A stretch of 61,400 nucleotides of DNA, the filler included, from Sphacelaria rigidula (lineage: Eukaryota), in NCBI GenBank assembly GCA_964200075.2. It is 8 parts of 8 records of this genome, joined end to end, with 100 filler letters (N's around TTAATTAATTAA, not from the genome) between each part and the next. Parts side by side here need not be neighbours in the genome. Positions count along the whole stretch, not along the records: positions 23,066 to 30,652 come from CAXNAA020014202.1; positions 30,753 to 38,339 come from CAXNAA020014203.1; 6 more parts are not named here. The stretch is one strand, 5' to 3'. Under the pieces are notes generated by a model. That model did not search any database. It was given only the letters and a program-made list of their open reading frames with translations, and was not told the origin of the DNA. Shown in pieces: positions 23,325-35,879 of the stretch (positions are counted from its first letter, which is position 1; the number at the start of each line of letters is the position of its first letter). A program made the translations under genes and the position numbers.

Positions 23325-26300
23325 CTGATCTTGCAACAACGTCGCGCGGTTGTGGAGCGTTAAGGCCAACGCAGGGTGCTCCGGGCCGAGAACCTTCTCC
23401 CTGATCGACTGGCACTGCTGGTAGAGGCGTGCGGCCTCGGCCAACTTGCCCTGCAATGTAGTACACGACGCACAACCACCACACAACAGTCAACGTCGGA
23501 CCTACAGCGGCCCCGACACGCTCGGGCCGCCGACCCGCCAACTTCTGCAGCCGCGGACCGATGTGTGCGCAAGGCCATGGCCACCATGCCCGATCTCGAC
23601 GGCTCACAGCTACAACGGGTTGGCTTGGCCGAACGCACACTCGCAGTCAACCATGACCCACCGCACCAGCGCGACAACACCGACACCACACCATCTCGTC
23701 CACGCGTCGACACACACGACCACTACAACGTCGCCCGGGCTCTCACCTGATCTTGCAACAACCGCGCGCGGTTGTTGAGCGTTGTGGCCAAATCAGGGTG
23801 CTCCGGGCTGAGGACCTTCTCCATGATCGACTGGCACTGCTCGTAAAGGCGTGCGGCCTCGGCCAACTTGCCCTGCAATGTAGTACACGACGCACGACCA
23901 CCGCACAGCAGTCAACGTCGGACCTACAACGGCCCCGACACGCTCGGGCCGCCGACCCGCCAACGTCTGCAGCCGCCGACCGATGTGTGCGCAAGGCCAT
24001 GGCCACCATGCCCGATCTCGACGGCTCACAGCTACAACGGGTTGGCTTGGCCGAACGCACACTCCCAGTCAACCATGACCCACCGCACCAGCGCAACAAC
24101 ATCGACACCAAACCATCTCGTCCACACGTCGACACACACGACCATGACAACGTCGCCCCGGCCCTCACCTGAGCTTGCAACAACAACGCGCGGTTACTGA
24201 GCGTTGTGGCCAAATCAGGGTGCTCCGGGCCGAGAACCTTCTCTCTGATCGACACGACCTTGACGGCTCACAGCTACAACGGGTTGGCTTGGCCGAACGC
24301 ACACTCGCAGTCAACCTTGACCCATCGCATTAGCGCGACAACATCAACACGACACCATCTCGTCCACGCGTCGACACACACGACCACTACAACGTCGCCC
24401 GGGCTCTCACCTGATCTTGCAACAACCGCGCGCGGTTGTTGAGCGTTGTGGCCAAATCAGGGTGCTCAGGGCCGAGGACCTTCTCCTTGATCGACTGGCA
24501 CTGCTCGTAAAGGCGCGCGGCCTCGGCCAACTTGCCCTGCAATGTAGTACACGACGCATGGCCACCACACAACAGTCAACGTCGGACCTACAGCGGCCCC
24601 GACACGCTCGGGCCGCCGACCCGCCAACGTCTGCAGCCGCCGACCGATGTGTGCGCAATGCCAAAGCTTCTATGCCCGATCTCGACGGCTCACAGCTACA
24701 ACGGGTTGGATTGGCCGAACGCACACTCCCCGTCGACCCTGACCTACCGCACCAGCGCAACAGCATCAACACCACACCCTCTCGTACACACAGCGACACA
24801 CACGACCATGACAACGTCGCCCCGGCTCTCACCTGATCTTGCAACAACGCCGCGCGGTTGTGGAGCGTTGTGGCCAACGCAGGGTGCTCCGGGCCGAGGA
24901 CCTTCTCCCTGATCGACTGGCACTGCTCGTAAAGGCGCGCGGCCTCGGCCAACTTGCCCTGCAATGTAGTACACGACGCACGACCACCACACAACAGTCA
25001 ACGTCGGACCTACAGCGGCCCCGACACGCTCGGGCCGCCAACCCGCCAACGTCTGCAGCCGCCGACCGATTTGTGCGCAATGCCAAAGCTACTATGCCCG
25101 ATCTCGACGGCTCACAGCTACAACGGGTTGGCTTGGCCGAACGCACATTCGCTGTCAACCTTGACCGATCGCACCAGCGCGACAACATCAACACCACACC
25201 ATCTCGTCCACACGTCGACACACACGACCACGACAACGTCCCCCCGGCTCTCACCTGAGCTAGCAACAACCCCGCGCGGTTGTTGAGCGTTGTGGCCAAG
25301 TAGTACACGACGTATGGCCACCACACAACAGTCAACGTCGGACCTACAACGGCCCCGACACGCTCGGGCCGCCGACCCGCCAACGTCTGCAGCCGCCGAC
25401 CGATGTGTGCGCAGGGCCATGGCCACCATGCCCGATCTCGACGGCTCACAGCTACAACGGGTTGGCTTGGCCGAACGCACACTCGCAGTCAACCATGACC
25501 CACCGCACCAGCGCAACGTCAACACCACACCATCTCGTCCATACGTCGACACACACGACCACGATAACGTCGCCCCGGCTCTCACCTGATTTTGCAACAA
25601 CAACGCGCGGTTGTTGAGCGTTGTGGCCAAATCAGGGTGCTCTGGGCCGAGGACCTTCTCCCTGATCGACTGGCACTGCTGGTAGAGGCGTGCGGCCTCG
25701 TCCAACTTGCTCTGGCGTTCCAACGACAACGGGAGACAGGGTTCCTCAGTGACAATCTCATTCGAAGTATCAAGTCAGGAGATCACGACATCCATTCGAT
25801 GACCCGCACGGTAGTATCAAGACGCTCCAGGCCAAGGGACTCGTCTTAGACATAAGTGTATACTGTACCGTACACGTTTTCTGGACATCCGGCACTAGCC
25901 ATACTCCAGGATTACGGCGTAGACCGTCAAACACACCCACTTGGTAAGATGAAAACGCGAAGGACCCACTGAGATAACACCACAGAGCAGTATCGTAGAT
26001 GGTCGGCACCGTTGAGTCTTGGCATGGATTGGACGCAGTATAGCAGCCAGCGTAGCATCAGCGGAGTTGATGTGTCTTAACGATTGCTCCAAACTTCGAT
26101 TTCACCACTTGTGAAATGACAGCAGCTGCACAATTAACAAATTTTCTCGACCTTCAAGTTTTGCGCGAAACCGGGAAAGCATTAATTGCCGCCCCAATCC
26201 TTCGCCCCGGGCAATAATCTGCTAGTTATATCATCTGGCGCACGTCTACGGTCCTGTGTGGGTCTACGGTATTGTATTAGTAAGGATACAATCTACTGCG

Positions 26301-29300
26301 CAAAGGGTTCATGTTGTACGTTGCGAAGCGAACTTCACAGAAGTCCTACCCTCTCTTTGCCGTCTCAGAGTACCGTCTGCACAGATGTATTTCATGGGTT
26401 TACACTGGCGAATGACGTACACCCAAATATACTCAGTCATTGGTTTACATCAATCGCGGGATAATACAGTGCGAAATGAGAGGACGAGCAACATTCGTTG
26501 CAACGCGTCAACGGACATCAATATGCTTCCCAGAACCCACACCGCACGGACATGAGCATCACCCACGTCCCAAGCGCGAGCAGCGTCGTGCCGATGGAGA
26601 TATCGTTGCTTATGATCAATTTTAGGCTCAGTAAATAAAAGCTACACTATCACGTTTTGCGCCCCTGAAGGTACTCCTTTGGTACAGAATCGTGAAAATG
26701 ATGAAATAGACCACAGACACTTTTTTTTTTTGGGGGGGGGGAAGTCTTCCGCACATCAGTTGGGGATATATGCTGTACCTGTCCTTTGAAATACGTCGGG
26801 AGAAAGAGCGCAGTTCAGCCTCGTACTGTCCATGGGCGAAAAAGATTATTTCCACAAATCTACCGCCTAAACGGTATATTACTCTCGAACATTCGAGTGG
26901 GAGCGTTTCGTTTAGGGTGTTTTTTACTGTTGTTTCTTGGGGGGATTAGTTTCATTCTCGGGGCATTACGGTTAAACAGGGAATATCGCCGTCACATGTC
27001 TCGGGCACTTTGGATTACCTCACTGAGAGGGTGCTAGCCCAAATTTCCGATTCGCTTGGCTCTGAGGTTTCGAGGATTGCCTCCGAAAAATATACAGCCA
27101 GACATGAAAATGCGGTGTCTGCAGTAATCTGAAATGATCTCTAGATTTTCCCACACCGTGTCCACATTTTCCATGTACACCCATTTATATTCGGAGGCAA
27201 TCCTCCAAATCTCGGAGCCAAGTGAATCGGAAAAGTGGGCGAGACGCCTCCCAGTGACATGATACGAGGTGTCTAGCACGTGTAATGGCGATCTGCCCTA
27301 ATTGGGAGGCAGAAGCCGTGCCAAACGTCCCAAAACTGGAAAATATGTCACCCCAAATATCAACCGTAATTACAGACTCGCTCACGCGTATCGAGCCTAA
27401 ACATACGCATCTACAGAACTTCATGACGTTTCCAGGAGTTGGTTCGCCCATAAAGGTTTGCACAGATGTTTCATGGCTCACGACGCAACTCTAGAAGAAA
27501 GAAGCTTTTGTACTTCTTGATTTTGTTCACCGTTTTTCGGGAGTGTCATGGTTCTTGGGGAAACTTCGACCCAGCGGACCCCAGGCAAACGGTCAGAGGT
27601 CATAACGTCAACAAGACTCGTTGATCGAAAATGTCATGTAGACCCATAGTATATGCGTGCAAAGTTTCAGATAACAAATATAAGGGAAAACGACGGTTTC
27701 GGTCAACGCTCTTAGCTTACAAGAGTAGGTAAAATGCGCCGAAAAAGTATCTACGCGATGTCAGGGACAATAACGGTTTCGGTCAGCGCTCTTAGCTCAC
27801 AGAGTTGGTAAAACTCGCTGAAAACGTATCTACGCGGTCAGGGGGCATTCGGCCGACAAAAACGTCATCGGGCACCATCTCTGAAAGTGGGGGGGGGAAC
27901 AGTGTTTAGTGCTTGAACGTCATGTTAGTGTACAACCTCATTTTATAGAATTGACAAAATTGTTGAGTCCTGAGTTACTGATATCGAAACCGCTTCCCTA
28001 CCCTGCACCCTGAGAACCGAGTAGGCGAGCATGGTCCGTTGAATTACTCGAATATAGTACGATCAGTTTTGAAACCTTGGCTGCGGTGTAGTCGGTCTAA
28101 ATTCCCTACAATAGCCAACATTACCTACGGACCAAAAAAGCTCGTTTACGTGAGCTTGGTGTGCCGGTACACATGTGGCTCTATGCTAGAGATTTCTCGA
28201 CTTGTTCACCTGAGTTGCGATCTGGAAAAGGGCGCTGAAAACAGTTTACATGGCATGTTATCAGAACTCAAACGCGTACTTTTGTCATTTTTTGATACGG
28301 CGAGAAGTTCAGAAGGGCCAGAAAAATGTACCCGTCAGCTCAGCAGCCACCCCCAAACCTTTTACGTCCAGCTTCTACCGTAGTGGGGTGATGTGCACGA
28401 CGATAACGGGAAGCCGGCATCATTAGGGAGCGTATTCAGTGGCCGCATCGATTGTAGACCTTGGTACCTTGAAGGTTTGGCAGACAAGATTTCCATATCC
28501 AATGAGAGAGTGTGCCCGGACTTCAGCCGAAGTGCCAGATGGAAAACTCAACCTCGCTTTGGTCTACAGTTAGACTGGATGCTTCACTAGATGCTAGAGA
28601 AGAATTGGAGACAACGGCATTCTTTCAATCAGCTAATATGGGTGCATTTGTAAACAATCAGAATTGTGCAAGGATTTGGCAGGAATTCGCAACCCTGGGT
28701 TGATATCCACGCGCACGACGTATTATTGCGCAGAAGCATCGGGAATCCGTTATTTTCCGGATTAAAATGATATTTGGCTGAAAATACTCAACACAAAGGA
28801 AAGCGATACCTCGAGTCTTCGAGTAGTCGTGGCCGTGCCCGAAATGGGACCATCGTTTGGAGAGTATCGTGACATCGAACCACGCGGAACGGACTGCTTT
28901 CAGATCCATCAGAGTAGATATGTGCGACGTGTGGATACTCCACACCCAGTGCTTTCTCTCCAATGGGGTGGGCCCACGGAACGTACTAGCCTCCGTGTAT
29001 TTACACTGTGTCACGACGACCAATTGGCAATAGCGAGTAGCTCATCAACCACTCCAAAGCTTCAACATATTTTCGACGGGACGAAACCTTTCCACACCTT
29101 GGACAATATATGGTCAATAGTTGCAATACACAAGAACGTACTGCATGAAGTACAGGCCTACTGCGACAACTATCGGCCGGCAATAGTTGCGACAGGCCTA
29201 TAATTTATGCAGTACACTTCTCGTCTTTCGCCTCTATTGACCATGAATTGTCCAGGGTGTGAACCTTTCACAATACCACTACCCATCTTGACAACACCTC

Positions 29301-29907
29301 CAGCCTAAGCGATGGACTTGGCTACAGACAGTCACCGTCGTGACGAGCCAAACTTTCTCGGTGGGAACACCTCGACATTGCTCGGGCCAGATTTCACCTT
29401 TCGTGCTGTGGGCGTTCTTCACCAAAAATCAATAGCTTGCAAAAGCCGTCTCGTCTCCTGATAAAGGTTTGACCCAAGGCCAGAATGGCCGTGACAAACA
29501 TACCAAGAACCCACCTGTCGGTAAAACAGTATACCGATGAGCGCATACGCGTCGGCCACGTCCGTCGACTCGGCTCGACCCAACTCCCCCAGGCTGGCTC
29601 TATATCTCTCCACCTCCAGCTGCTCATTGCCGGCCAGTTCCTCCAGTGACCACCACAAACGACCCAGCGCGTATACGTCTGTGCTCAGTCCCTGACTGTT
29701 GAAAAACTCCCGGACCACAGAAAGTCTGCTCAAGTACTGCGCTTGGCGCCCCACAGCATCCTCGACCAACCCATGCCTCTCCTCACTTCTACACTCAAGT
29801 TTGATGAAATCCAGCAGCAGGTCGTGCACGAAAAAGGAGCCTTCCACCTCATGCAACAGTGCATTCTGCGCTAGGTAATCAGCGTTTTCCTTTGCACTTT
29901 CGTCATC
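23325..29907 (-). CDS. Partial NB-ARC-TPR (NLR-like) gene; exon 29515-29907 then 126-nt TPR exons 25586-25711, 24833-24958, 24411-24536, 23747-23872, 23325-23450
   Basis: The 393-nt phase-0 exon carries LAQNALLHEVEGSFFVHDLLLDF (MHD-type winged-helix motif of STAND ATPases). The 42-aa exons (GKLAEAARLYEQCQSIREKVLGPEHPDLATTLNNRARLLQDQ-type) are kinesin-light-chain-like TPRs with cag| and |gtgag sites. The P-loop exons were not identified. Confidence 0.88.
24169..24253 (-). pseudogene. Truncated TPR exon lacking its acceptor
   Basis: The unit is 180 bp short; the remnant reads SIREKVLGPEHPDLATTLSNRALLLQAQ|gtgagg and is fused to mid-intron sequence. Confidence 0.85.
25255..25299 (-). pseudogene. 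Truncated TPR exon lacking its acceptor
   Basis: The remnant LATTLNNRAGLLLAQ|gtgaga is fused directly to the intron at 'tgtggccaa|gtagtacac'; the unit is ~90 bp short. Confidence 0.85.
26980..27300. mobile_element. Foldback palindrome element (same family as 44115-44810)
   Basis: Inverted arms ttccgattcgcttggctctgaggtttcgaggattgcctccgaa / ttcggaggcaatcctccaaatctcggagccaagtgaatcggaa. Confidence 0.75.
27690..27845. repeat. ~80-bp tandem duplication
   Basis: acggtttcggtca.cgctcttagct.ac...gtatctacgcg occurs twice. Confidence 0.75.
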
Positions 29908-31589
29908 CTGCAGCGATATCGAGTCACCATACACAAGTCTGTGTTAGGCGAGCGCGATCCTACAAGTTTCACGAAACGACGGTTCCGACGGCTCCACCTT
30001 ACAGTAAGATCACTTCACAACGCTGTTGCGGAAGCCTGAATTCTCACTTCCGACACTCGTCTACTGTAAATAGTCTACATGGACGAGGACTCGCATCTTA
30101 TCAACGTTCAACCCATGCCCCCGACCGACGTGCGCCAAACCCAGAACGTCTGGAGGTGAGAAGTGCCACACTGACATCAACTAGCTTCGGCATCAAAAAT
30201 GAAAACAAGCTCTTTTTTCAATCGCCGTGGATTCAAAGGTGTCCTTCAGCTTGTTGTTTGAATTGCAACTGCGAACAACTGGTGGCTTGATCTTGGCTGA
30301 CGTCGAAGTGGACTTACTGCCGACATGGAGGGCACACCTAACGCTTCACCGTACCAGGCAAATATGAGCGCCGGATACCTCAGAATCAAGTGTAAGCTCA
30401 CAGTGCACATGAATCAAGCTATGCCAACCATCGGACATGCCGACTAGAACACCCCTTGCACAGGAATGGGGCATGGCTTGTAAAAATGGTGCTGATTTCG
30501 CAACCCTCACCAGGTAGCACGTATATCAAGAGGTCTGTGGCCGATGCAACGACGCTTGCGAATGAACCGCACCTTCTTCCAGAGCGCGGCCAGCATTGCA
30601 GTTGATGCCCAAACACCACGGGTCAGCACAACCAGACTCAGGAACATGTCCTNNNNNNNNNNNNNNNNNNNNNNNNNNNNNNNNNNNNNNNNNNNNTTAA
30701 TTAATTAANNNNNNNNNNNNNNNNNNNNNNNNNNNNNNNNNNNNNNNNNNNNCCCCCCCCCCCAGCGATTACCCTGACCCGTAACTCAAAAATTCCAAAC
30801 TCCAAATGGGCAGGTACCAGCGGGGAATCTGTGCTACCGTCGGTACCGTCGAATGGCGATGGAGACAGGATTGAGAGCAGTCTCGTGGCTACAGATTTTG
30901 GAGATGGGATCATGGGAGTCAGAAGCCGCAAGGAGCGAATAGACGCCATGCCGGGCATCCACAAAGTCCAGTTTACGTGGGGCTATGCGTTTCTCAATCA
31001 ACAGTGAGGCAAACTAATTCTGGGTTGCTTTTCAGTCACGCCTTGCACTTGATCACAAGCCACACAAAACATGTTGGGGCTTCAGCCGTCCTTGGACACG
31101 TTGTCTCTCATCTTCCATCGAGAGTTTGCTACTACCATTGCTACCGAAAGTTTGCGATCATGCTTACTGGTCTAGTCTTTTGAGGCGTATTATTGGTTGT
31201 TTGTCCCTGCGCAGTAGTGTCTGCAATGCGATTGCTATCGGCGTTTCAGTGTTTGAGGCGACATATATTTTGTCAATTGCCATATTTCTGGTATATGATC
31301 ATTGGTGAGCTCGTTGTGTCGGGTCACAATATACCCATGCGTCTCACACTGAAAGGCATATATATGCTGTCACACTTTCAACCCTCTCAATCCTCCCCAT
31401 CCTCTGAGCGAGTCCGTGGGCTCAAGGGATCAATCCATCTCCCCCGTGATGCACACCTTACGTTGTGATACGGCGAATGGGATCAGCACTCCCGCACCAT
31501 TTCGATTCTGGTCAAACGAAGTCTTGTTACTATTCATGTCAACATGTTTTTAACGCCGGAAATCATATACTTGCCAGAAAAAAAACAAA

Positions 31590-31680
31590 TTGCAACTGCT
31601 GGAGATCGAACCCGCACTCTAATTTTCCGGCTTGATGGCTCTCAGTTGGACCAATAGACAATCGGGGCGCGGCCGCACAT
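31590..31680 (-). mobile_element. tRNA-like SINE head (family 2)
   Basis: The reverse complement reads ggccgcgccccgattgtctattggtcc...gggttcgatctcc. Confidence 0.55.
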
Positions 31681-33698
31681 ATTTGGAACGCCTGACAAGT
31701 CGCTAGGTATAATCAGAGATTTGAAACGTATACCTGTTTTCCAGCGTCAGTTGGCATCAGTACTGCGGGGTCGAGGACGAGGAGCTCACTCACAGCTATT
31801 CAGAGAAAGGCAGAATAAACAAGTCAATATATGGTTCACCCCTCTTATGAGTAAATACTTCGTCAGAGAGCAGTTGTGTCCAATCAGCGGAGGAAGTGCC
31901 GTAAGGAATCCACCTTGCGGGAACGAAAACCGCGTGAATCAGAGATGCGAAAAAGGTTGGCTTTGGTCGTTTTCGTCGTTCCTTTTTTCAGGAGTAACTG
32001 CCGCCTTCCAGCAGCACGGGACTGGCTCCACCTTTCACACCCTGGACAAAAAGTTACACTGTGAAAAAAATGAACTGCGTATAGAATAGGATATATTGTC
32101 TTTCGCAATAGACGCCATGGCCCATACTGTACGCAGCACATTTTTTTTGCAATGTGATCCATTTTCCAGGGTGTGCTACCTTTGTTGTGGGTGCGTGGCA
32201 ACGGCCGTCTGCTCGATCGATGACACTGCAAATTTACAGGTTATCATCGCGTGGTTCAAGACCTGTGCCTGCCGACGGGTACTTTCCTTCAACTCACCAT
32301 GACCGAGCCTTACAGACTACGTAGGATAGATTAAATAACACGTGTTCCTTCGCCTACTCATGCGATGGCGCTGTGTCCTGTCTTCCCCCGCTGGTGCTGC
32401 CCCCATGTCATGTTTGTAGGTCTATCCGGGCCGTCCCCCACGAGACCAGACTGTTTTTCCCGAACAAAGATGCACAGGTGAGCCTTCGTCTGTTTTCGGT
32501 TCCTTGACGATACCGTCAGGCCGTTGAGTAGGTGGTGCCTGGTCTTTCGTTGTTGCGTATCGTTTTCTCTGCTTTACTCTGCAAGGGGGGCATGCTTTCC
32601 GTTGTCTAAGTATTTTTCGCAGCTGTTCGAAAGTTGTCGCTGCGCTCAACTGTCGCGCTGCGTGGTGACCCTTTCAAGCCCGGGGCTCATGAACGACCAA
32701 ACGTGCGTCTTCCCGGCTGTTGGTTGGTGTAGAGAATGACGCATAAAAAGCAACCACGCGCTCAAACAGGAGGGTGCATTTGGTGTGGCTCGTTTTTTAT
32801 AAGTAACACCATGGCAGGGCAGTATCATCTAGCACCGTACAGCACCACACCTCACCGTACAGCACAGTTCTGTACATGTGCACCCATCTGTATGCGAACC
32901 TGTCACCCATAGACTTGACTCCCAGCACAATGTCGGGACAGCAGCGACGTGTCTTGGGAGGCGTTGAGGCAAAAGCAATCACGAGATGACAACGAGCTCA
33001 TCTATCTGGGGATGAGAGTACCAGCCGAATTCCGTTCACACATATGTACAGATGTCGCTGGTGGCTTGTGCCCCCGAACACGCCGCTGCTAGCCGGGACT
33101 GGAGGGGTTACGCAGTAGTGGTAGGTTCTTCCCTCACTGCGCCACTCGGCCATCGCGTGAGCGCGGTTGCCCTTGTCTCCCCCGCTGTTGGTGGTTTCGT
33201 TGCTATGTTGTATATGCGTCGGTAAGGGATGGGTGCTGAAAAGCATCGCGAGGAGAGACCTGGAACTTGGCGATATATTTTCCACACTGCTTTTGAGTCA
33301 CGAAAAATTCGTGTGCAACTTCCATATTCAATCAAGTAATTTTTGCCACGGAAGACCTGAGCTACTCTTAATACCGTCTCTATCCAGTAGTGGCCACAGT
33401 GGTATCAGTTTCTCGGCAAGCTTTCGAAGACAATGAAACGAGAAGCCTGCTAGGTTTTTGTCTCTGCTCGCTTGGTCTATGGCCCTCTGCCGACTCATTT
33501 GCTGGGCACGACCATACCTTCATTGATCACACGGCAATAGGTCCCTGTGCTCGAGCATTTGTAGTGCGTAGTGCAGCACGTCATCCGTAGATACCGTTTG
33601 ACGTGTCCCGTCCCACCATTTTATTGACGGTTTCCTCGTGTCCTATGTACGTGCTGCCTTTCTGCTCCGCTGCACATGGCGCCGTGGTGGATGGGCAG

Positions 33699-35038
33699 GG
33701 TGCCGTGGAGGTGACGAGGTTGGATCTCATTCGTCTCCAAGAGACAGTGTTTCTCAACGATACTCTCATCGACTTTTACCTCAGGCGAGGGATATTTCTT
33801 GGCCAATACCGTGCTTCTCACCCCTTCCGGTGTTTGTGTACTTGCTTGTGCATGCTCCGCATGGCAGTATTGATGATCCCCTGCTTCGGCTTGCAAACGA
33901 ACCCAGCGTTACATGCAACACGTGCTTGGGGGTAAATAGTATAGTACGTCAGATGAATGAGCGAGGGTTAGGGTTAAGTTACAATTTGGCATTTCCGCTG
34001 ACGTAGGGAACATGCTGGCTGACTCACATCCCTCCCTGTTGGCGTTTTATCCTCTCCCCTTAATCACAAGCTCATGCGTCATCATCTGTACGTCCTCAAG
34101 GATAAGATGTAAATAGGCTTGAGTGGGTGTCGTCGGTCTGCTGCACGTTGTCATGACATGCCGACATAGACTTACGATGGCTCGCGCCGCTTTGCCATTG
34201 TTCCCTCTCGTGATCATCAGGTATCTACTCTCGAAACCGGACAGTTTTGGAGAGGGGCTAACGGCGAGTCAGGTGAGGCCTAGATCGATCAACGAACAGA
34301 CTTACCCCTCGCCTGTGCGGTTCTCGTGCAGCTCACTCGGGGCAATACGCACCGTGCTCGCAAGTTGCTGTGGCACAAACCTGTAGAAGTGAATTTTTCA
34401 TACCCCAAACAGTTGTTCAACATATACGCTGTTCAGTTGATGTATCCGCTTGAGGTGCCAAATTCACAAAACTCGTGAAACATACAAGCCCTAGCTGACG
34501 TGCAAGTCGCGGGATGGCTCACACTCGTTTTCATCGTCCTCCTTACCCTTTGAGCAGGTTCATGTGTTCAGTCCCCTATTCGTACAAGCTATTACCAACG
34601 CGGCCAACAGCTGTCGAGCGGACGCCTACGTTCGAATCGTGAAGGTATGTCTATAGAAACCACCCTCCTGTCATGAGTGATGGTGTCCTCGCGTGCGTAA
34701 TATCCACAGCATAGTGATTCACTCACCTCTAGAAATGTGCCTTAGGATCGAGGTAGGGCTATAGCGTGGCTGCATACATGTCGGATAGAGATGAGAAGCG
34801 TGAGGTCGATGGATCGCTAGCTCCAGCTCGTGCTTGCAACTATGGAATGCCCGCACCATTGGTTCGGACCATTGAGAGATGACGCGGTTTCAGTGGCATG
34901 CATTGTGGAATGACCCACGTTGCCCTCATCTCTTCTGGTCGTGTCTGTGCGCATTCTTGTGCTGCGGTCATACCAGAAATGGACCAAAGGCTTGGATCTC
35001 TTCAGCAAGAAGTTTGTTCTCTTCCCCATCAACAGCTG
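33699..35038 (+). CDS. Partial Ulp1/Ulp2-family SUMO protease (peptidase C48); exons 33699-33784, 34221-34272, 34558-34644, 34977-35038
   Basis: The splice product is GAVEVTRLDLIRLQETVFLNDTLIDFYLRYL...VHVFSPLF...KWTKGLDLFSKKFVLFPIN, carrying the characteristic C48 motifs. The catalytic HW exon was not found in this contig. Confidence 0.88.
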
Positions 35039-35879
35039 GTGAGCAATGCGCTGGTTGGTCTTTTGCCCATTGAACTAGTGGTTGTTCGCAGTACACTGTA
35101 CGTCAGCTATTGGAGTCGAGGTTGCTACTGCACGACTGGAAAGATCAGAAATATTGTTTTCCCGGAACTCTGTCGTGGTTCTTCGGCCGCATAACTCCCA
35201 CGTAGTTTGCTGTTGCCGGGGTATGTGGTTTTCAGTCAAATAGAACGCGTTGTTCTGTCCGGTGGTTATTCGCAGTTCTTTCATATCGTGGTACTATACA
35301 GGAATCATCTCGGAAAATTGCATGCTGTGATCAGGACACAATAAGCGGAAAACCAAGTGTGCACTTGTGGCGCATGCCAAACTTACATACATGAACACAC
35401 CTCCCGAGCACACGAAGCACACATCATCGACCTGGCAGTACGTGGACGGCACAGTTCGGCACGCGGGTGTGCACACATGGAGATGCACCTGGAACGGTTT
35501 CACGTATGCAGGTCGACATTGCTGCCCCGTTATTACTGCAGACCTTGCGAATCCTAATATCTGTAGAGCACGCCCAACATCTTCATGACTCTTCCCTCCG
35601 TCTCCGACCGCCGCCCGACTGGGGATGGTGGGTAATTGTGTCGGGGGAACCGAAACCCCACCAGCAACCTAACGAAAAAATTATCTGCTCAGAAGAGGTT
35701 GACATGGTCTACAGTCTAGTCTACGTCTCATATCGGTGGTGTTGCGGCAGACAGCCTAGCCGGTGGCCTATTTCGACAGTGGTGGACTCGAAGTTCAGTC
35801 CTGCACATGCAGAATTTTATCCCGTAATTGAAACCAAGCTCAGCCCCGCGGGTGCGGGGTTCCATCCACAGTTGACACT

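Larger units (their letters stand above)
23066..25711 (-). repeat. Tandem array of 422-bp exon+intron cassettes
   Basis: Exon 3' ends at 23325, 23747, 24169, 24411, 24833, 25255 and 25586 (spacing 422, 422, 242, 422, 422, 331); the introns are near-identical; the array runs off the contig end. Confidence 0.97.

Noticed and set aside
23139-25849. Many overlapping repeated ORFs on both strands of the TPR array
   Set aside because: They are by-products of GC-rich repeated introns; only the 126-nt splice-bounded segments give a recognisable protein.
28390-29210. Possible decayed coding or transposase sequence in the NLR intron
   Set aside because: Only short broken ORFs with no motif I can recognise.
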